Under the pieces are notes generated by a model, which worked only from the letters and a program-made list of their open reading frames with translations, was not told where the DNA came from and ran no database searches. A stretch of 32,000 bases of DNA from Chloroflexota bacterium (GTDB taxonomy: Bacteria > Chloroflexota > Anaerolineae > UBA4142), in the NCBI GenBank assembly GCA_016219275.1, contig JACRBM010000091.1, positions 12,154 through 44,153 of the forward strand. Direction: 5' to 3'. Position 1 is the first letter of the stretch; the number at the start of each line of letters is the position of its first letter. Both the position numbers and the translations under genes were made by a program. Shown piece after piece: positions 17,500 to 24,731 of this stretch.

Positions 17500-17568
17500 A
17501 CAACGGACAAGAACGGATTTAGCGGACTTGTAATTGGTTTGTCCGTTCAATCCCATGTCGTCCGTTGT
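17500..17568. repeat. Nested intergenic hairpin (ACGGACAA family)
   Basis: ACAACGGACAAGAACGGA pairs imperfectly with TCCGTTCAATCCCATGTCGTCCGTTGT. An inner hairpin is CGGAC...GTCCG. Confidence 0.5.
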
Positions 17569-17591
17569 AATCCCCAAGGAGAAGCGTACGC

Positions 17592-18680
17592 ATGAGTGTT
17601 CAATATACAAGTCCACTGCACCAAACTGTTACGACTACAGTCACCGATTATTGGAACGATTCATGCGCGGTCGAAGAACTGACGTATGCGCTGGAGCATG
17701 GCGCAGTCGGCGCAACGACGAATCCGACGATTGTGTTGGACGTGCTGAAAAAAGAATCACAGTATTGGCGCGGGCAATTGCAAGAAATGATCCAGGCAAA
17801 TCCAATCGCGTCCGAAGATGAAATCGCTTGGTGGTTGATCGAGCAGATGGCAATGCGCAGCGCGAAATTATTGCTGCCGGTGTTTGAACGCGAGCATCAC
17901 AAAAAAGGTCGCCTCTCGATTCAAACGAACCCCACGTTTTATCGAAACGCTGAAGCGATTGTTGAGCAAGCCATGCACTTTAACTCGCTCGCGCCAAACA
18001 TACAAGCCAAAATCCCGGTCACTCATGCTGGGATCACTGCAATCGAAGAAGCGACCTATCGCGGTGTGAACATCAATGCGACGGTGTGTTTCACTGTGCC
18101 GCAATCGCTCGCCGTCGCCGAAGCCGTTGAACGCGGTTTGAAGCGCCGGGTCGCCGAGGGCAAGCACATCGATGACATGTCGCCGGTCTGCACGATCATG
18201 ATCGGTCGTCTCGACGATTGGATGCAGGCGCTGATCAAACGCGACGCGATTTCGTGCGATCCGGGGTGCGTGCATTGGGCGGGCATCGCGTGCATCAAAA
18301 AGGCATCGGGTATATATTCAGAGCGCGGCTATCGCACACGTTTGCTCGCGGCGGCGTATCGCCATCACTTGCATTGGTCCGAGTTGATCGGCGGCGATGT
18401 GGTGCTCACAATTCCGTACGTGTGGCAGCGTCAATTCAATGCGTCCGACATCGAAGTGAAGGAACGCTTTGCCAATCCGGTTGCACAAGAAATCATTGAC
18501 GAACTGCATAAATATTTTCCGGATTTTCGACGCGCGTATGATGTGGATGGATTGCGCTGTGAGGAATTCGATACATTTGGAGCAACCGTTCGCACGCTCC
18601 GTACATTCATCGCATCGTATCGCGAATTGATCGCCTACGTGCGCGATGTAATGCTTCCCGATCCGGAAATCCGGCGTTGA
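17592..18680 (+). CDS. Transaldolase family protein
   Basis: 362 aa, with AAGGAG upstream. It has GATTNPTIV, GRLSIQTNP and IQAKIPVTHAGITAIEE (Schiff-base lysine context). Confidence 0.85.
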   Translation: MSVQYTSPLHQTVTTTVTDYWNDSCAVEELTYALEHGAVGATTNPTIVLDVLKKESQYWRGQLQEMIQANPIASEDEIAWWLIEQMAMRSAKLLLPVFEREHHKKGRLSIQTNPTFYRNAEAIVEQAMHFNSLAPNIQAKIPVTHAGITAIEEATYRGVNINATVCFTVPQSLAVAEAVERGLKRRVAEGKHIDDMSPVCTIMIGRLDDWMQALIKRDAISCDPGCVHWAGIACIKKASGIYSERGYRTRLLAAAYRHHLHWSELIGGDVVLTIPYVWQRQFNASDIEVKERFANPVAQEIIDELHKYFPDFRRAYDVDGLRCEEFDTFGATVRTLRTFIASYRELIAYVRDVMLPDPEIRR

Positions 18681-18699
18681 GTAGGGGCGAGGTGACACA

Positions 18700-20172
18700 A
18701 TGACCCGGCAGCTAGAAAATTTTATCGATGGACAATGGATGCGCTCGCAGGCGTCCGAATATCTCGACATTATGAATCCCGCGACCTTGGAAACACTCGC
18801 CCAGGTCCCCCTGTCGCCCGGCGCAGACGTGATGATCGCGGCAAACGCAGCAAGCCAGGCAAGCGTCGAATGGCGACGGACACCGGCGGGCGAACGCATT
18901 CAATACCTCTTCAAATTGAAAAATCTTTTAGAACAACATCTCGACGAACTCGCGCGTGCGATCACCATCGAGTGCGGCAAGACGCTGGCAGAAAGCATCG
19001 GCGAATTGCAACGCGGGATCGAGAATGTACAAGTCGCGTGCGGCATTCCCTCGTTGATGCAAGGCAACGTCAGCGAAGATATTGCGCGCGGGATCGACGA
19101 AACGATGATTCGTCAGCCGCTCGGTGTTGTCGCCGCGATTACGCCCTTTAATTTTCCGGCGATGATTCCGCTCTGGTTTCTGCCGTATGCTGTTGCGACC
19201 GGCAACTGTTTCATTCTCAAGCCGAGCGAGCGTGTTCCGCTAACGGCATGCAAATTGTTCGAGTTGATTCAAGCCGCCGGTTTTCCACCCGGCGTCGTTC
19301 AACTGATTCACGGTGGCAAAGCAACCGTGGATGCGATTTTGGATCACCCAGTTATTCGCGCCGTGAGTTTTGTCGGCTCGACCCAGGTCGCGCGCTACAT
19401 CTACAGTCGCGCGGCAGCGCAGGGGAAGCGCGCGCAATGTCAAGGCGGCGCGAAAAATCCGGTCGTGATTATGCCGGATGCGGACATGACTTCGGCAACG
19501 CGCGTCCTTGCCGATTCGGCATTCGGCTGCGCGGGGCAACGCTGTCTCGCCGCCGCCGATGCGATCGCCGTCGGCGATGCGCATCGCGCATTCACCGAAC
19601 AAATCGTCGAGGTCGCGATGAATCGCAGAGTCGGTTATGGTCTCGAAAAAGATGTCGAGATGGGTCCGGTCATCAGCGCGGCGAGTCAATCGCGCATTGC
19701 CAATTTGATCGAACAGGGGAAAGCGGAAGGCGGAAAAATTCTGGTCGATGGACGTGAGCGTCAAGTGCGCGGGTACGAACAAGGTTATTTTATCTTTCCG
19801 ACGATCATCGATGCACTGCCAGCCGAAAGCCAGCTTGCCAAAACTGAAATCTTTGGTCCCGTGTTAAGCACGACCCAGGTCAACACACTCGACGAAGCGA
19901 TCGGCTTGGTCAATCTGCGGCGCTATGGCAACAGCGCGTGCATCTTCACTTCGAGCGGTGCGGCGGCGCGACAATTTCGGTACGAAGTGAATGCCGGAAA
20001 TGTCGGCGTGAACATTGCGATTGCCGCACCGATGGCGTACTATCCGTTTAGCGGCTGGGGCGACAGTTTCTTCGGCGACTTGCACGGACAAGCGCGGCAT
20101 GGTGTTGAGTTTTACACGCAGACCAAAGTGGTGGTTGAGCGGTGGTCCCAAGAGTGGACCAGAAAATTTTGA
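18700..20172 (+). CDS. mmsA: CoA-acylating methylmalonate-/malonate-semialdehyde dehydrogenase (ALDH superfamily, MmsA/IolA type)
   Basis: 490 aa. It has FNFPAMIPLW, the active-site region FGCAGQRCLA, and the C-terminal FYTQTKVVVERW typical of the MMSDH subgroup. Confidence 0.85.
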   Translation: MTRQLENFIDGQWMRSQASEYLDIMNPATLETLAQVPLSPGADVMIAANAASQASVEWRRTPAGERIQYLFKLKNLLEQHLDELARAITIECGKTLAESIGELQRGIENVQVACGIPSLMQGNVSEDIARGIDETMIRQPLGVVAAITPFNFPAMIPLWFLPYAVATGNCFILKPSERVPLTACKLFELIQAAGFPPGVVQLIHGGKATVDAILDHPVIRAVSFVGSTQVARYIYSRAAAQGKRAQCQGGAKNPVVIMPDADMTSATRVLADSAFGCAGQRCLAAADAIAVGDAHRAFTEQIVEVAMNRRVGYGLEKDVEMGPVISAASQSRIANLIEQGKAEGGKILVDGRERQVRGYEQGYFIFPTIIDALPAESQLAKTEIFGPVLSTTQVNTLDEAIGLVNLRRYGNSACIFTSSGAAARQFRYEVNAGNVGVNIAIAAPMAYYPFSGWGDSFFGDLHGQARHGVEFYTQTKVVVERWSQEWTRKF

Positions 20173-20186
20173 AATAGGAGTAGAAC

Positions 20187-20840
20187 GTGTCAAGGCTTGA
20201 ATCAATCCGGACAGCAGTTATCGAAGGCGATGCGAATCAAACGCGAACCGATGTAACTCGAGGTTTAGCCGAGGGAATCAGCGCTGCCGACATTTTGAAC
20301 AAGGCGCTTGTTTCCGCAATGTCCGAAGTCGGAAAACGTTTTGAAGAAGGTGAGTATTTTGTGCCTGAAATGCTGATCTCGGCGCGTGCTATGAAAGAAG
20401 GCTTGGCAATTCTCAAGCCGAAACTTGCCGCGGCAGCCGTTGAACCGGCTGGCAAAATTGCGATTGGCACCGTTAAAGGTGATCTGCACGACATTGGCAA
20501 AAATCTCGTCGCGATGTTGATGGAAGGGGCTGGGTTCAAAGTCTTCGATTTGGGCGTAGATGTCTCACCAGAAAAATTTAGCCAAGCCGCCACAAATGAT
20601 ATTCAGGTCATTGCGATGTCTGCCTTGCTCACCACGACGATGCCGATGATGCAACAAACCATTCAGCATTTGAATAAAATGGGTGTGCGTAATCGTGTGC
20701 ATGTTATTGTCGGTGGCGCGTCGGTGACCGAAGCGTTTGCACAATCCATCGGCGCTGATGCCTTTGCGCCTGACGCAAGCACCGCCGCACGCAAAGCGCT
20801 CGCACTTGTCAAAAAGCAATCTTTGTTTTGTGTTCGATGA
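20187..20840 (+). CDS. Corrinoid (cobalamin)-binding protein, MtaC/MtbC type
   Basis: 217 aa with a GTG start after AGGAG. An N-terminal helical cap is followed by the B12-binding Rossmann domain, with DxHxxG (GDLHDIGK), SALLTT and VGGA motifs. Confidence 0.88.
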   Translation: MSRLESIRTAVIEGDANQTRTDVTRGLAEGISAADILNKALVSAMSEVGKRFEEGEYFVPEMLISARAMKEGLAILKPKLAAAAVEPAGKIAIGTVKGDLHDIGKNLVAMLMEGAGFKVFDLGVDVSPEKFSQAATNDIQVIAMSALLTTTMPMMQQTIQHLNKMGVRNRVHVIVGGASVTEAFAQSIGADAFAPDASTAARKALALVKKQSLFCVR

Positions 20841-21140
20841 GATTTGGCGTCACCGAATCCCATCGGATCAATCAATTTAGTGGTCAAATGATTCTTCCCC
20901 ACCACTCTCACTGTCGTTACAATCCGCTAACCAACGAATGGATTTTGATTTCTCCTCATCGTGATTAAATCTGTCCGAGCCACGGATAGATTGAATCGCA
21001 AGCACCGACAGAGCTATTCGTATGTGCCAGTTTGTTATCTCTACCGGGGCAATCGGCGCGCGGCTGGCAAATTAAACCCACTCAATAACCACATGTTTGT
21101 TTTCGGGAATGACATTGCTCCTTGGTTGCCCAAGCCAATG
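20837..21140 (+). pseudogene. galT: Galactose-1-phosphate uridylyltransferase gene remnant (frameshifted, 3'-truncated)
   Basis: Fragment 1 reads HCRYNPLTNEWILISPHRD and ends at a stop codon. Fragment 2, in another frame, reads VCYLYRGNRRAAGKLNPLNNHMFVFGNDIAPWL. This corresponds to the CxLCPGN...NP.Y...F.NDF region, with the Cys/Pro lost. Homology ends near 21140. Confidence 0.7.
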
Positions 21141-21149
21141 CCATGTAAG

Positions 21150-21739
21150 GATGCTCGAATGAGATGACTACCACATTCGCCGCAAAACAATTTACTGGTC
21201 ACAGGAAAAAGCGTTCGGGTTCTGGTAGTCAAAGAATGTGGTTTTCGATGCATCCGCTTGCGAATTTCCTGACAGCGCTCAAACACTTCGGTCGTGACCA
21301 AGGACGGGTGGCTACCGTCTTGCAACAAGGTCGGGTTGTATCGTTTCGACTTGGTACCGTGTTCGGTTGTGCCAAAGTACGGAACGCGTCCAGTGTAGAA
21401 GACGCGCATCAGCAGTTCGCGAACACTGTCGCGCGTGAACTGTTGTGGTCCACCTCGTGGTTGCAAGCGTTTGGTCCGAAAGTGTCGCGTGGTTCCGTCG
21501 GGTAGCGTCACGACATAGCCGTTCAACTTTTCGGCGATAAGCCCGTCGCAATATTTTCCTGCTTGATGCCAATCGAAGGAAAGGTGGACTGCAATGCTTT
21601 CAATAGGATGAAGGATCAGAGATTTTCCATCACTACGATTGGTTTCGGAGTAATATGGACAGTAGTTCAATCCATTGGTCATCATTGCATGGCGGATCGC
21701 TCTGAGTGCACCTCCATCCTCATCGTCAGGATCGAGCAA
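21150..21739 (-). mobile_element. Large serine recombinase remnant (recombinase domain plus start of zinc ribbon; catalytic resolvase domain missing)
   Basis: The translation reads CPYYSE...HPIESIAVHLSFDWHQAGKY..IAEKLN...FTRDSVRELLMRVFYTGRVPYFG...GSHPSLVTTEVFERCQE...KLFCGECGSHL. There is no N-terminal Ser catalytic domain. The last ~35 codons of the track ORF (21041-21145) are read-through into antisense galT. Confidence 0.7.
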
Positions 21740-21743
21740 AGGT

Positions 21744-22574
21744 CACAGTATCCAACTCACCCTGGATGGCAAGACCTTGCGCGGCACCATCCCCGCAGGA
21801 CACACGCGCGGCGTTCATCTCTTGGCGGCGTTCTTGCCGGGCGAAGGCTGGGTGATGGCGCAAGTCGAGGTGGGCGCGAAAGAAAACGAAATTCCCGCCG
21901 CCGCGCGCGTCTTAAAATGCCTGGATTTACAGGGTAAAATCATCACCGGCGATGCTCTGCTTGCCCAACGCGAGTTATCGCGCCAGATTGGTGAGGCGCA
22001 GGGCGACTACGTTTGGACGGTGAAAGCCAATCAACCGCAACTGTGTCAGGATCTGGAAACGCTGTTTGCCGGCGAATCCTGCACCCCGGGCTTTAGTGCG
22101 GCGACGAAAGATTTTCGCTCGGCGGAAACGGTGGACAAGGCGCACGGACGGATTGAGCTGCGCACCCTCACGGCGAGTCAGGAATTAAAGGGCTATCTCG
22201 ACTGGCCCTATGCCGAACAAGTCTTTCAACTCGAACGTCGTTTTGGGCGTGTGGCGGACGGGCGCGTGATGCATGAAGTCGTCTATGGGATCACCAGCCT
22301 GACCGCCCACGAAGCGAATGCCCCACGCTTACTCGAGCTTGTGCGGGGGCATTGGTTGATTGAGAACCGGTTGCATTATCGCCGCGATCAAACGATGCGC
22401 GAAGATTGGTATCACGTGCGCTTGGGAACGGCACCGCAGGCAATGGCCGTGATTAACAATCTGGTCTTGGGCTTGCTAGACAAGCAATCTTTTCGGAGTG
22501 TGCCAGAAGCGCGGCGTTACTATGCGGCTCACCTTGATCAAGCTTTGAGTCTGCTCGTGCAATCGCCGTGCTGA
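21744..22574 (+). mobile_element. ISAs1-family (H-repeat-associated) DDE transposase remnant, 5'-truncated
   Basis: The translation reads LTLDGKTLRGT...HLLAAF...AKENEIPAAARVLKCLDLQGKIITGDALLAQRE...YVWTVKANQP...AHGRIELR...RGHWLIENRLHYRRDQTMREDW. About 100 N-terminal residues of the family are absent. Confidence 0.78.
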
Positions 22575-22609
22575 CTTTGCACGCGCCCTGGATGAGGCGA
22601 CTCGGCGCA

Positions 22610-22638
22610 TTGACTTTTCCGGCGATTCGGCATATACT
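22610..22638 (+). promoter_or_regulatory. Sigma70-type promoter TTGACT-17 nt-TATACT
   Basis: -35 at 22610-22615 and -10 at 22633-22638, with exact 17-nt spacing. Confidence 0.5.
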
Positions 22639-22644
22639 CACGAT

Positions 22645-22754
22645 TGTAAGGAGTTTCTGACGATGAGTGGTTTTCCCGCCCGAGGGCAACGGGAATCAGC
22701 TTGCAATTTTCAAAGGCACTAGACGCGCCCGTGCGCGTCTGGTGTTTTTTGTTT
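22645..22754 (+). other. Short promoter-to-terminator transcription unit (~110 nt): candidate small RNA, or leader with a 19-codon sORF (22663-22722, MSGFPARGQRESACNFQRH)
   Basis: It is bounded by the 22610 promoter and the 22721 terminator. AAGGAG lies 9 nt before ATG 22663. An internal hairpin is TTCCCG-N11-CGGGAA. I recognise no known riboswitch motif. Confidence 0.3.
22721..22754 (+). terminator. Rho-independent terminator
   Basis: Stem AGACGCGC, loop CCGT, stem GCGCGTCT, followed by GGTGTTTTTTGTTT. Confidence 0.7.
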
Positions 22755-22779
22755 GGCAAATCCCAGTCAGGAGGTTGTG

Positions 22780-23055
22780 ATGGATTCGAGTATGTACGGT
22801 AAGATCGAAAAGGCAAAGCGGTACGCCGCCGAAGCGGATCGCCGCGTCGTCTTTACCAAGTTCGAAGTGAAACTCGAAGGGGACAACAACACGTACACCG
22901 TGGCTTTTGATTTGGGTCGTTGGTCGTGCGGATGCCGCTACTTTGCGACGCACGGCTTGTGCAGTCACACGATGGCGATGGAACGCGTATTAGGCAGCAA
23001 GATTCCACCTTCGCCCGAAGCGGTTGCAACGGTGGTGGGTGTAACGAACAACTGA
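22780..23055 (+). CDS. Small SWIM-type zinc-finger protein (91 aa)
   Basis: The start was moved to ATG 22780 (AGGAGG upstream). The CxCx8CxH signature is WSCGCRYFATHGLCSH. Confidence 0.7.
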   Translation: MDSSMYGKIEKAKRYAAEADRRVVFTKFEVKLEGDNNTYTVAFDLGRWSCGCRYFATHGLCSHTMAMERVLGSKIPPSPEAVATVVGVTNN

Positions 23056-23074
23056 ATACGCGAGTAGAACGCGA

Positions 23075-23108
23075 GACCCGAAGGGTGATTGCCCTTCGGG
23101 TCTTTTTA
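23075..23108. terminator. Bidirectional Rho-independent terminator between convergent genes
   Basis: Stem GACCCGAAGGG, then a loop, then CCCTTCGGGTC, followed by TTTTTATT. It lies between the SWIM gene and rdgB. Confidence 0.75.
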
Positions 23109-23699
23109 TTCGCCAAAATGTTTGAGCAGTTCGCGCGCGTGTTCCGCCGCGCGGGCGCGATGGCTGATGCGATTTTTTTCTGCGCTCGACAATTCCGCCA
23201 TCGTCAACCCGCGTTCGGAAAACAGGAACACGGGATCGTACCCAAACCCGTTCGCGCCGCGCGGCGCGAACGCAATTTCGCCTTCGCACGCGCCGGCGCA
23301 TTCGCGCGTGTCGCCGCGCGGCGACGCGAGGACGATGACACACCGGAAACGCGCGGCGCGTTGTGCGCGCGGCACGTCGCGCAGTTTGTCGAGTAAGAAG
23401 ACGACGCGCGCCGCGTCGCTCGCATCGTCGCCGGCGTACCGTTTCGAGCGGATGCCTGGCTCGCCGCCGAGCGCGTCCACTTCTAACCCGGAATCATCCG
23501 CGAGGGTGAGCAAACCGCTTGCGCGCGCGTACGCGGTCGCCTTGAGGTGCGCGTTCTCCGCAAAGGTCGCGCCGGTCTCTTCCACATCGTCTTGAATGCC
23601 AACATCGTCAAGCGTGACGAGTTCGTAGGGCAATCCCGCGAAGATTTCCTGATACTCGCGCAGTTTGCCGCGATTGTGCGTCGCAATCAACAATTTCAT
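23106..23699 (-). CDS. rdgB: Non-canonical purine NTP pyrophosphatase (XTP/dITP diphosphatase, RdgB/HAM1 family)
   Basis: 197 aa. It has MKLLIATHNRGKLREYQEIF and FGYDPVF motifs. Confidence 0.9.
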   Translation of the reverse strand: MKLLIATHNRGKLREYQEIFAGLPYELVTLDDVGIQDDVEETGATFAENAHLKATAYARASGLLTLADDSGLEVDALGGEPGIRSKRYAGDDASDAARVVFLLDKLRDVPRAQRAARFRCVIVLASPRGDTRECAGACEGEIAFAPRGANGFGYDPVFLFSERGLTMAELSSAEKNRISHRARAAEHARELLKHFGE

Positions 23700-24038
23700 C
23701 TATACACTGATCACTTTCGCCGCGCCATTCATCGCGGCGATGATGTCGCCCATGCCGCCGACAATGCCGACGCGCACCTGCTCACGCAAGCCAAGAAAAT
23801 CGAGACACGTTTGGCAAATGACGAGTCGTGTCGCTTTGCCGGCGAGATTTTGTAACGGTTCCAAAACGGGCGAACCCGCGCACGCCAGTTTGACGCCTTC
23901 GCCGTAAAACGCGATGACCCCGGGCGGCGTGTCTTGATTGAGCAACGTCAAAAACGTCGCCGCGAGTTTTTGTTGCAACGCAGTGGGCGCATCGCCCATC
24001 CCAAAACGCGTAAAGAGAATCACGGTGTCCGAATTCAT
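23700..24038 (-). CDS. DsrE/DsrF-like family small protein
   Basis: 112 aa. It has the pattern VILFTRFGMG...LVICQTCL...GGMGDII...AKVISV typical of DsrE-like sulfur/selenium-relay-fold proteins. Its stop codon abuts the rdgB start. Confidence 0.55.
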   Translation of the reverse strand: MNSDTVILFTRFGMGDAPTALQQKLAATFLTLLNQDTPPGVIAFYGEGVKLACAGSPVLEPLQNLAGKATRLVICQTCLDFLGLREQVRVGIVGGMGDIIAAMNGAAKVISV

Positions 24039-24059
24039 TTTGGTTTCCTCTTGTCACTC

Positions 24060-24088
24060 TTGACCTTGTAAACCAATCGCGCTACAAT
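24060..24088 (+). promoter_or_regulatory. Sigma70-type promoter TTGACC-17 nt-TACAAT
   Basis: -35 at 24060-24065 and -10 at 24083-24088. It is about 45 nt upstream of the DUF4446 start. Confidence 0.5.
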
Positions 24089-24132
24089 GCGACTGCTTTG
24101 ATTTCAAAATCTCCAACCCATACGGGGGGCGT

Positions 24133-24603
24133 GTGGAAATTCTGGTTGTAATTCTGTTGCTGGCGTTGATCGCGCTTGGCGGCTGGGTCGTCTTTCTCGA
24201 ACTGCGGCATCAAAAACTCGCGGCAGCGTTTCGCACGGTGATGACCGGTCGCGCGGGCGCGGACTTGGAATCTATCTTGATGGATTACCTGGCGCGGATG
24301 GATCGCGTCGAGCAAGTGGCGCAGGCAGTAGAGCAACATCTTGTGCACATCGAAAGCAAAATGCCGTTCCTGATCCAGCACGTCGGCATCGTGCGCTTCA
24401 ATCCATTCTCGGACAAGGGCGGCGACCAGAGTTTCGTCGTCGCGGTGCTCGACGACCACACCGACGGTTTTGTATTCAGCGGCTTGCACTCGCGCACCGA
24501 TGTGCGCGTCTACGCCAAGCCGGTCGTCAGCGGACAATCCACCTACACATTGACCGCCGAAGAAAAAGAAGCCATCGCGCGCGCGATGAAACCGCGGACG
24601 TGA
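24133..24603 (+). CDS. DUF4446-family membrane-anchored protein
   Basis: 156 aa with a GTG start. It has an N-terminal TM helix, then VGIVRFNPFSDKGGDQSFVVAVLDDHTDGFVFSGLHSR...VYAKPV, as in DUF4446. Confidence 0.75.
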   Translation: MEILVVILLLALIALGGWVVFLELRHQKLAAAFRTVMTGRAGADLESILMDYLARMDRVEQVAQAVEQHLVHIESKMPFLIQHVGIVRFNPFSDKGGDQSFVVAVLDDHTDGFVFSGLHSRTDVRVYAKPVVSGQSTYTLTAEEKEAIARAMKPRT

Positions 24604-24637
24604 TTTTGGATTTTCGATTTCTGATTTTCGATTTGCC

Positions 24638-24677
24638 GCCGTTGAAGTTTTTTCCTCGCTTCAACGGCGTTTCTTTT
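24638..24677 (+). terminator. Rho-independent terminator
   Basis: Stem GCCGTTGAAG, an 11-nt loop, stem CTTCAACGGC, followed by GTTTCTTTT. Confidence 0.7.
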
Positions 24678-24731
24678 AGTAGCGAATTCACAATACGCAA
24701 TACGCAATTTGCCATTCGCCATCCGCCATTC

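Noticed and set aside
20173-20186. Cobalamin riboswitch upstream of the corrinoid-protein gene
   Set aside because: The intergenic gap is only 14 nt, and no B12-box-like sequence is visible nearby.
21041-21149. C-terminal 35 codons of the 232-aa recombinase ORF
   Set aside because: Recombinase similarity stops at CGECGSHL. This stretch is antisense to the galT remnant (VFGNDIAPWL on the plus strand), so the ORF is a chimera.
23106-24603. rdgB / DsrE-like / DUF4446 neighbourhood as a possible defence or toxin-antitoxin module
   Set aside because: All three resemble widespread housekeeping or uncharacterised families. No nuclease, ATPase, or toxin-like partner or mobile context was seen, and the pairing is explained by simple translational coupling and a divergent promoter.
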